NCBI RefSeq assembly: GCF_000022265.1
Contig: NC_011979.1
Coordinates: 3,360,001-3,392,000, forward strand
From: Geotalea daltonii FRC-32
GTDB taxonomy: Bacteria; Desulfobacterota; Desulfuromonadia; Geobacterales; Geobacteraceae
Direction of reading: 5' to 3'
DNA: 32,000 nt
In this document: positions 25,656 to 32,000 of the stretch, in pieces
How positions within the stretch are numbered: the first letter of the stretch is position 1
How the letters are laid out: every line of letters begins with the position of its first letter
Position numbers and translations under genes: made by a program
The notes under the pieces: generated by a model
Database searches by the model: none
What the model was told of the DNA's origin: nothing
What the model saw: the letters and a program-made list of their open reading frames with translations, nothing else

Positions 25656-27212
25656 TCACCCGTCAATCTTTTTCCTGAAAATTCTGACAATCATCCCAAC
25701 CGACAGCAACAAGCAGGACCACGCAAAAAAGTCGCCAAATCGGTTGTAGATAGTCCGCGTCATGCCGAAACGAACTTCCCCCGACAGGAAGGTTTCTTTG
25801 AAGAGCGTGGTCATGCCGCGGATGTGCCCCTTGCTGTCTATGACCGATGAAATGCCGGTATTGGCAGCGCGGACCAACGGCACCCGGTTCTCCACCGCCC
25901 GAAAAACAGTCATGGAAAGGTGCTGGTAAGGTGCCGATGATTTGCCAAACCAGGCATCGTTGGTGATGTTTACCAGCAGACGACTTCCGGCACGGACATA
26001 TTCCCTGGCAAGTTCCGGAAATATTCCCTCAAAGCAGATCAGAACCCCGATCTCCCCTTGGCCGGTGTTAAGGGGCACTACTTTGGATCCAGGCGAAAAG
26101 TCGCCTATTCCGGCCACCAGTTTGTTGACGAAAGGGAACAGTTTCTGCAGCGGCACGTATTCCCCAAAGGGCACCAGGTGCATTTTATCACTACGGCCGA
26201 GAACTTCCCCGGAAGGGGAGAGGAGAAAGGCACTGTTCAAGTAGCGGATACCTTCATCTTTTTTCTCGAAGGCCGGACTGCCTACCACGAGACAACTCTT
26301 CATTTCGGCAGCCAATGATCTTACCCTTGCTGCATACTGCTCTTCAGTTTGAAAATAGAAAGGAAGAGCACTTTCAGGCCAGACAACTAGAGTTCCGCCG
26401 CTGGCACAAGCCTTGCGGGTAAGTCTTTCGTAAATGCCAACCGTCGACTCTTGAAAAGCCGGATCCCACTTCACGTCCTGAGGGATATTCCCCTGGACCA
26501 GCACAACTTTAAGTGGCTCCCCCTGCTCTGCCTGATTGAGCCGGTAAAAGCCATAGCCGATGGTGAGCGTCATCAGAACCAGGAAGATGAAGCCACTTCT
26601 GGCAGGATAGGCAACCGCCTCCTTTCGGACCAACCCCTTGATAATCCGGTAAATGATGATGTTAGCCAGAGCGATCAGAAAACTGACGCCATAGACACCG
26701 GTAACGTCAGATATCTGGATCAAAGGCAGGGTACGGTATTGGGAATGGCCGAGGGATGCCCAGGGGAAACCTGTCAGGACAAAAGCGCGGATGAACTCAA
26801 AGCCCACCCATAGAAAAGGAAAAGAAAAAACCGATGAAATTCCAGCTTTTTCACCCCGATTTACCAGATAGGCAATAATTCCCACATAAAGGGCTATGTA
26901 TGCCGACAAAAGCAGATAAAGACAGAAACTGACCACCAGAGGAAGCTTTCCATAGGTGGTCATAACTATATTGACCCAGTAGAGAATGCCACCATAGGCA
27001 GTAAGGCCGCAGATAAATCCAAGCCGAAATGCCGTTTTCGAGTCTTTTTTGCCCATGGCCAGAAAGAGCGGCACGAAAGCAAACCAGGCACAGATGGATA
27101 ACCCTGGCTTTGGGAAGGATAGCGCCAGCAAAATGCCGGACACTACCGCCAAAAGATAATCACGGCGAGGAGCGGCATTGAAGGCAGGCATATGGAATCT
27201 GCTGTAATTCAC
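25656..27212 (-). CDS. lnt: Apolipoprotein N-acyltransferase
   Basis: Multi-TM N-terminal half, then a CN-hydrolase domain (VVWPESA, catalytic Cys in [11 protein letters not shown]). The GTG start at 27212 overlaps the corC stop by 1 nt; an alternative ATG lies at 27191. Confidence 0.9.
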   Translation of the reverse strand: MNYSRFHMPAFNAAPRRDYLLAVVSGILLALSFPKPGLSICAWFAFVPLFLAMGKKDSKTAFRLGFICGLTAYGGILYWVNIVMTTYGKLPLVVSFCLYLLLSAYIALYVGIIAYLVNRGEKAGISSVFSFPFLWVGFEFIRAFVLTGFPWASLGHSQYRTLPLIQISDVTGVYGVSFLIALANIIIYRIIKGLVRKEAVAYPARSGFIFLVLMTLTIGYGFYRLNQAEQGEPLKVVLVQGNIPQDVKWDPAFQESTVGIYERLTRKACASGGTLVVWPESALPFYFQTEEQYAARVRSLAAEMKSCLVVGSPAFEKKDEGIRYLNSAFLLSPSGEVLGRSDKMHLVPFGEYVPLQKLFPFVNKLVAGIGDFSPGSKVVPLNTGQGEIGVLICFEGIFPELAREYVRAGSRLLVNITNDAWFGKSSAPYQHLSMTVFRAVENRVPLVRAANTGISSVIDSKGHIRGMTTLFKETFLSGEVRFGMTRTIYNRFGDFFAWSCLLLSVGMIVRIFRKKIDG

Positions 27213-28066
27213 TAGCCTTCCGTCTCCTCTACCGCGCTGCCTTTCCTGGCGATTCGCACCTTGCTTATACGCCGCTCATCAGCCTCAAGAACCGTCATGT
27301 GTATATGATGGTTATCCACTTCTTCCCCGCTGGCTGGAATGCGACCGAGAAGGTGAAATATCAGCCCACCTACCGTATCGAATTTTTCCCTTTCAATGTC
27401 TATTTGAAAATGCTCTTCCAACTCCTCGATGGGCAGACGGGCATCGACGGTCACAGAACCGTCCCCCTCTTCCACAAGCCAGTCTTCTTCCAGGTCGTAT
27501 TCGTCCTGGATGTCCCCGACAATCTGCTCAAGCAGATCTTCAATGGTGACAAGGCCCGAGGTGCCGCCGTATTCGTCGATGACAATGGCGATATGGACCC
27601 GCTTTTTCTTGAATTCGTGGAGCAGTTCCTCAAGGTTTTTAGTTTCGGGGATAAAGTAAGGAGACCTGACGATCTTCTTCAGAACAATGGCAGAAGCCTC
27701 CATGCCCCAATATTTGAGCAGGTCCTTGGCATAAATGAGGCCAATGATGTTGTCGATTGTGCCTTCGTAAACCGGTATCCGGGAGTGGCCGCAGGCAATT
27801 ATCGCAGCAAGCACCTCCTTGACTCCGGCATCTGAGCTGACACATGCCATGTCGGTACGGGGCACCATTATTTCGCGAACCACCGTGTCGCCGAGGGCGA
27901 AAATGGAGCGGATCATCTGGTTCTCTTCCTCGTTGATCAGTCCCTCTTCTTCTCCGGCATTCATCAATTCCTGTATTTCTTCTTCGGTCACACGTCGGCG
28001 CCCGGAAAGAAAGCGGCTGACGATGTCAATAAGACCAGGGCTTTTTTTGCCGTTGTCCCCTTCCAA
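27212..28066 (-). CDS. corC: CBS-pair plus CorC_HlyC domain protein (CorC/YbeX family)
   Basis: [49 protein letters not shown] start at 28066 with GGAGGG 9 nt upstream. Confidence 0.88.
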   Translation of the reverse strand: MEGDNGKKSPGLIDIVSRFLSGRRRVTEEEIQELMNAGEEEGLINEEENQMIRSIFALGDTVVREIMVPRTDMACVSSDAGVKEVLAAIIACGHSRIPVYEGTIDNIIGLIYAKDLLKYWGMEASAIVLKKIVRSPYFIPETKNLEELLHEFKKKRVHIAIVIDEYGGTSGLVTIEDLLEQIVGDIQDEYDLEEDWLVEEGDGSVTVDARLPIEELEEHFQIDIEREKFDTVGGLIFHLLGRIPASGEEVDNHHIHMTVLEADERRISKVRIARKGSAVEETEG

Positions 28067-28112
28067 AGATATGTTCCCTCCACTTATTAAGAAAATGAGT
28101 CGACCAGCTTCT

Positions 28113-28898
28113 TCATCCTGCCACTTTAAAAAGAAGCAGCACCGCGAGAGTAATACCGGTTCCGGTCAACGCGCCAAGTACCACTTCCCGCAATGAGTGA
28201 ATATTGAGAAGCAATCGGGAATGGCTGACCATAGTTGCCAGGGCAATGGTCAGAATTGACACCATCGGGTCTTTTGTATTGAGAGAAACCGAGGTGGCGA
28301 TGGAAAAGGCCAAAGCCGCATGGCCGCTGGGGAGACCACCTTGCAGCGGGGTGCCTCTGCTGGTGCGGGTCTTAATGATGATAACCACGATCACCACTAT
28401 CAGGATCGAAACCAGGGTCCCCATTTCTGTAGGGGTTCCTATCATGCCGAGCATCTCCTTGTAAACCGGAAATATATAGTGCGAGAGTATAAGGTATCCC
28501 ATTACTGCCGTGCCGATGGCAGCCACCAGTACAGCTCCTGCCGCGGTATCCTTGGCTATCTTGGCCAAAGGATGGTATTCGGGTGAAACCAGATCCACAA
28601 CCACTTCGACGGCAGTATTCATCAGCTCGGCAAAAAGAACGAAAGAAACCGATAAGGTCAGAAGGATGAACTCAAGTGCCGTGACATGGAGAAAAAGCGT
28701 CGCAATCAGCACGACCAACGCTGCCAGAAAATGGTTGCGCATATGCTTTTGGGTCCTGGCCGTGTAGAGGATGCCTTCGATGGCACAGTTTGCGGAATCT
28801 ATGAAGCGCGTCGGCTTCAAGGACGCTCCAGTCGGAACTTTGTCCGCATCCTTCCCATGGTTTTCATTTAATGCCACTATCTCAGCCAATCTAGACAA
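28113..28898 (-). CDS. Fusion protein: diacylglycerol/undecaprenol kinase (DgkA) domain plus PAP2 lipid-phosphate phosphatase domain
   Basis: DgkA part: FAELMNTAVEVVVDLVSPEYHPLAKIAKDTAAGAVLV. PAP2 part: PSGH and SHSRLLLNIHSLREVVLGA. The start is uncertain: TTG 28898 overlaps the ybeY stop by 8 nt, and there is an alternative GTG at about 28877. Confidence 0.75.
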   Translation of the reverse strand: MSRLAEIVALNENHGKDADKVPTGASLKPTRFIDSANCAIEGILYTARTQKHMRNHFLAALVVLIATLFLHVTALEFILLTLSVSFVLFAELMNTAVEVVVDLVSPEYHPLAKIAKDTAAGAVLVAAIGTAVMGYLILSHYIFPVYKEMLGMIGTPTEMGTLVSILIVVIVVIIIKTRTSRGTPLQGGLPSGHAALAFSIATSVSLNTKDPMVSILTIALATMVSHSRLLLNIHSLREVVLGALTGTGITLAVLLLFKVAG

Positions 28899-29343
28899 GT
28901 CCTTTCCGGTTCAGATTACCGAAAATTTCCCGCTCGCGAAACTCCATTCTTGCAGCTTCCGTTTCGCCGCTACGTTCGTGGTCGTAGCCGGTTATATGGA
29001 GTATGCCGTGCAAAAGCAGGAACGAAAGGCGGGAAAAAAAAGGCATGTCACCTTCTTCTGCCTCCCGCGAAGCCGTATCGGCACAAATGATCACATCCCC
29101 CAGCATCTGGGGATTGATTTCACTAAAATCTCCTTCGTGCATGGCAAAGGAAATGACATTGGTCGTCTTATCGCGGTCGAGATAGTCGCGATTGATGCGG
29201 CGAATGGTTCGATCGCCGACGATGCTGATGGAGAGTTCGCTGTCAGGACATCCCAAGTCGCTTAAGATCATCTCCGCCACTTTTCTTAGCTTCTTCGCTT
29301 CTATCGGCCAGCGCCTTTGCCGGTTCGCTATCGCTATCTTCAA
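28891..29343 (-). CDS. ybeY: rRNA maturation endoribonuclease YbeY
   Basis: Zinc motif HGILHITGYDH. N-terminal pattern KIAIANRQRRWPIEAKKLRKVAE...TNVISFAM. TTG start at 29343 with GGAGGG 10 nt upstream. Confidence 0.88.
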   Translation of the reverse strand: MKIAIANRQRRWPIEAKKLRKVAEMILSDLGCPDSELSISIVGDRTIRRINRDYLDRDKTTNVISFAMHEGDFSEINPQMLGDVIICADTASREAEEGDMPFFSRLSFLLLHGILHITGYDHERSGETEAARMEFREREIFGNLNRKGLV

Positions 29344-31636
29344 TGGATTTTTTCCCTCCGCTTCCTTTTTCCTTATAAGCAGGCTCCGGATAGTCTATAC
29401 GTTGATGATAGATGCCGGCTAGTATCCTGTTGAAGCTCTTGGCAATTTCATGCAGGTTTTTCAGGGTCAGCTCACATTCGTCCAACTGACCGTCGATGAA
29501 GATATTGTTTATGATCTTCTGAACCATGCCCTGAATTCGTGCAGGGGTAGGATCGGACAATGTCCTGGATGCCGCTTCCACACAATCAGCCAAAAGCACC
29601 AAGCCCGCCTCGCGGGTTTGAGGCTTGGGCCCCGGGTAACGGAAATCCCTCTCATCCACCGCTTGCAGGTCGGTAACGGCCAACCCCTTCGCCTTCTGGT
29701 AAAAAAAGGTGATGAGAGAAGTGCCGTGTGACTGGCGGATTATGTCGATGATCGGTTGCCCCAGCCGGCTTTCTCGCGCCAGTTCAACTCCTTCTTTAAC
29801 ATGGGAAATGAGTATGAGAGCGCTCATGTTCGGAGAAAGCTTGTCGTGCCTGTTTTCGCCTCCTCCGACATTTTCTATGAAGTAGAGGGGCTTGCTGATC
29901 TTGCCCACATCATGGTAATAGGCTGCAACCCTGGCCAGAAGAGGGTTGGCATTGATCGCTTCGGCCCCGGCCTCCACAAGATTTCCGACAACGACACTGT
30001 GATGATAGGTGCCGGGAGCCCTGACCATCAGTTCGCGCAGGATCGGGGTATTCAGATTTGCCAGCTCCAGCAGTTTGATGTCGGTTGTGTAGTGGAAGAG
30101 AGCCTCAATGAGAGGAATAGTGCCGGTAACGCATACAGCATTGAAAATGCCGCCCAATCCGGCAAAGACGACGCAGTAGGCCGTCTGAATGGTGAAGGCG
30201 CTGTCGCTGAAAAACTGAAAAGAAATTGCCATGGCCACGTTGACCACGCTTACCTTCAATCCTGCCACATATATGGCGTTTCGCTCCTTGCATTGGCGTA
30301 CCCCATGGGCACCGACAATCCCACCTAGAAGGGCGTATATGACCACCTGAAGGCTGCTGTTGAACATAATCCCGAGCAACGGCGCGCAGACAGCACAATA
30401 TACGAGTGCCACCTCGGAATTAAGAATAATCCGGACAATAATGGCACTGGCAGCAAAAGGAAAGAAATAGTAGTAAACGGCAGTGTCGATAAAAGGTAAA
30501 AGGCTGCCCATGGCCGTTGAAACAATGAAGGCAATCTTCAGGACCACGAAGTTGCCGATGGTCATCAGGGTAAGGAGCAGTATATCCTTGTTGGAGGGGC
30601 TGAATTTGCGAATGTTCTTGCGTGCAAAACGATATGGGAAGTAGAAGAGGACCAGTACAAGCCCCAAAACACCTACCCCCATGAAAAACCTCTCTATGCC
30701 GCGGGACTCGAAGATGCTGTCCAGCTTTGTAGCCTGTTCCTGGGTGACCCTCTCTCCGACCCGGACAATCATCTCCCCCCTCTTCACCTGAAAGAGCACG
30801 GGGCGCGTTGCCGAGCGGGCGTCATGTTTCATTTGCTCGGTCGCCTCACGATCAAAGATAAGATTCGAAGTTATCATCCGGCTCAATAAACCCTTCAGTA
30901 GTGCACAATCGCCCGCCGAGGCAGATAGAGCAAGCTTCATGCCGGCAAGAGCCTTGCGAGCTTCACCAACATCCATATAAAAGGAGTAATCACCTGCAGC
31001 AATCTCACGTTTTGTTTCAAGGTCAGTGACGACAAGGCCGTGCCTGCGGTCATCGGCAAAACTTTTTTTGTCCTCAACAATCTTGTTGTGATAAATGGTT
31101 GTGGCAAGACGTTCCAACTCCATCTGCAGTGATTGGTCGGATGTGAGCCTGGACAGCGCAGCTGCCTCCTTGGCAGAGACATCCTGCGTCAACAAACGCC
31201 CTATATTCTGGCGAAAAGCCTCTCCAGCGTCTTCATCTCGTTCTCCGGCATTGCGTATAAGGGCAAAAGCGCTCTCAAAGCGCCGAACTACGTCAAGTGC
31301 AGCAGTGGAATTATAATTGTAGACAAGGGGAGAAACAGCCTCTGCCTCGGAACGCTTCTTTTCGGTAAGAAGGCGATCCTCGATGAAATAGTCCTGAGTA
31401 GCCCTGATATCAGAGGTGGCAACGTCTCCTACCTTGTATTTCACAGCCAGGAATTGATAGCTGGGGATGATAAGAAAGGTGAGAAGGAGGGCTGTGCAGA
31501 AAAGCAATATGAATCGACAGCGCTTTTCCTGTCTCGGATCGGAGATTTTGTCAACTACCGAGCCGAGACATCTTTCGCCAAGAAGGGTGAGCGAACCTTT
31601 GGTTTTTCTATCTTTGTCGCCGCTTTCAGTGGGCAT
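29243..31636 (-). CDS. 7TM-HD membrane phosphohydrolase (PgpH/YqfF family, HDIG domain)
   Basis: ATG 31636. N-terminal extracytoplasmic region, a multi-TM block, then an HD domain (YHHSVVVGNLVEAGAEAI...AAYYHDVGK) and a C-terminal RIDYPE. It sits immediately upstream of ybeY, as in the Bacillus yqfF-ybeY-dgkA order. Confidence 0.85.
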   Translation of the reverse strand: MPTESGDKDRKTKGSLTLLGERCLGSVVDKISDPRQEKRCRFILLFCTALLLTFLIIPSYQFLAVKYKVGDVATSDIRATQDYFIEDRLLTEKKRSEAEAVSPLVYNYNSTAALDVVRRFESAFALIRNAGERDEDAGEAFRQNIGRLLTQDVSAKEAAALSRLTSDQSLQMELERLATTIYHNKIVEDKKSFADDRRHGLVVTDLETKREIAAGDYSFYMDVGEARKALAGMKLALSASAGDCALLKGLLSRMITSNLIFDREATEQMKHDARSATRPVLFQVKRGEMIVRVGERVTQEQATKLDSIFESRGIERFFMGVGVLGLVLVLFYFPYRFARKNIRKFSPSNKDILLLTLMTIGNFVVLKIAFIVSTAMGSLLPFIDTAVYYYFFPFAASAIIVRIILNSEVALVYCAVCAPLLGIMFNSSLQVVIYALLGGIVGAHGVRQCKERNAIYVAGLKVSVVNVAMAISFQFFSDSAFTIQTAYCVVFAGLGGIFNAVCVTGTIPLIEALFHYTTDIKLLELANLNTPILRELMVRAPGTYHHSVVVGNLVEAGAEAINANPLLARVAAYYHDVGKISKPLYFIENVGGGENRHDKLSPNMSALILISHVKEGVELARESRLGQPIIDIIRQSHGTSLITFFYQKAKGLAVTDLQAVDERDFRYPGPKPQTREAGLVLLADCVEAASRTLSDPTPARIQGMVQKIINNIFIDGQLDECELTLKNLHEIAKSFNRILAGIYHQRIDYPEPAYKEKGSGGKKSIEDSDSEPAKALADRSEEAKKSGGDDLKRLGMS

Positions 31637-31700
31637 TATGTATGTTATTCCCGTTGCTCGGCCACCTGTAACCGCAGTGACCGATCGTCAATGACAGGAG

Positions 31701-31728
31701 CGTTCCTGTTAACAGCAGCACAGGAACG
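31701..31728. repeat. 9-bp perfect inverted repeat in the pgpH/eno intergenic region
   Basis: CGTTCCTGT (31701-31709), a 10-nt loop taacagcagc, then ACAGGAACG (31720-31728). No convincing T-tract on either strand, so it looks like an operator or a 5'-UTR structure rather than a terminator. Confidence 0.6.
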
Positions 31729-31868
31729 TTTCAAGAAAAATTTCGCTAAGGACAAGCACTAAATATAGCCTTATCGCCATGCAGTGTCAACTCAAACCAT
31801 CGCCCTGTCCTTTGGGTAAGTTAATAAAACTACTTCCATTTACAGGAAAGTGTGCTATATAAACAAGA

Positions 31869-31898
31869 TTGACATTACAGGTGCCTTGCCTGTGAAAT
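31869..31898 (+). promoter_or_regulatory. Candidate sigma-70 promoter for eno
   Basis: Perfect TTGACA (31869-31874), then an 18-nt spacer and TGAAAT (31893-31898). It lies about 25 nt upstream of the GGAGGGG Shine-Dalgarno sequence and ATG 31921. An alternative extended -10, TGCTATATA, is at 31853-31861. Confidence 0.3.
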
Positions 31899-31920
31899 AT
31901 TTCATTATGGAGGGGTATGA

Positions 31921-32000
31921 ATGAGCCAGATTACAGATGTATATGCCAGAGAAATTCTCGATTCCCGGGGCAATCCGACACTGGAGGTAGAAGTTTTTCT
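31921..32000 (+). CDS. eno: Enolase, N-terminal fragment (runs off the right edge)
   Basis: GGAGGGG-N5-ATG, then MSQITDVYAREILDSRGNPTLEVEVF, the canonical enolase N-terminus (EI-DSRGNPT-E-EV). Confidence 0.9.
   Translation, partial: MSQITDVYAREILDSRGNPTLEVEVF

Noticed and set aside
1-32000. Searched for CRISPR repeats, tRNA or rRNA genes, IS or integrase genes, toxin-antitoxin pairs and known defence-system genes.
   Set aside because: None seen. Intergenic regions are short (mostly under 210 nt), and every large ORF has a housekeeping, envelope or pilus-related assignment.

Overview
Positions 1-31636 form one co-directional minus-strand gene block. A divergent enolase gene starts at 31921 on the plus strand. 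Protein sequences and gene order (valS-pilD-two-component system-pilY1; secA-argJ; pgpH-ybeY-dgkA-corC-lnt-prfB) resemble a Geobacter/Desulfuromonadales-type deltaproteobacterium; this is inference only.

The supplied ORF track has two blind spots that I corrected by reading the DNA. (1) It omits ORFs with no stop inside the window. The apparently ORF-free 5.5 kb at the left edge is one continuous minus-strand ORF of at least 1849 codons, starting at ATG 5549, that encodes a giant PilY1-like type IV pilus tip adhesin with an embedded PA14-like domain. (2) It prints GTG and TTG starts as M and extends ORFs to the farthest start, so several starts were revised (valS, the response regulator, the histidine kinase, DUF2914, HD-GYP, FKBP, NlpC/P60). 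It also misses the 5' exon of prfB, which carries the classical +1 programmed frameshift site.

Most of the window is housekeeping: valS, argJ, secA, prfB, lnt, corC, ybeY, pgpH-like and eno. I saw no tRNA or rRNA genes, CRISPR arrays, transposases, integrases or recognisable defence genes.

The only accessory-looking part is the left 9.8 kb. It holds pilD, a periplasmic-sensing histidine kinase, a sigma-54-dependent response regulator, a good sigma-54 -24/-12 promoter, a 102-aa secreted protein of unknown function that shares an ATGA stop/start overlap with the next gene, and the PA14-containing PilY1. That module is my best candidate for undescribed biology.

Secondary curiosities:
- a RomR-like receiver protein with an acidic disordered region carrying F-x-F motifs
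- an intrinsic terminator immediately upstream of valS
- a 101-nt pgpH/ybeY overlap
- a DgkA-PAP2 fusion
- an eight-fold ACAGG/CCTGT motif array in the pgpH/eno divergent promoter region

All family assignments come from motif recognition by eye. No database search was run.
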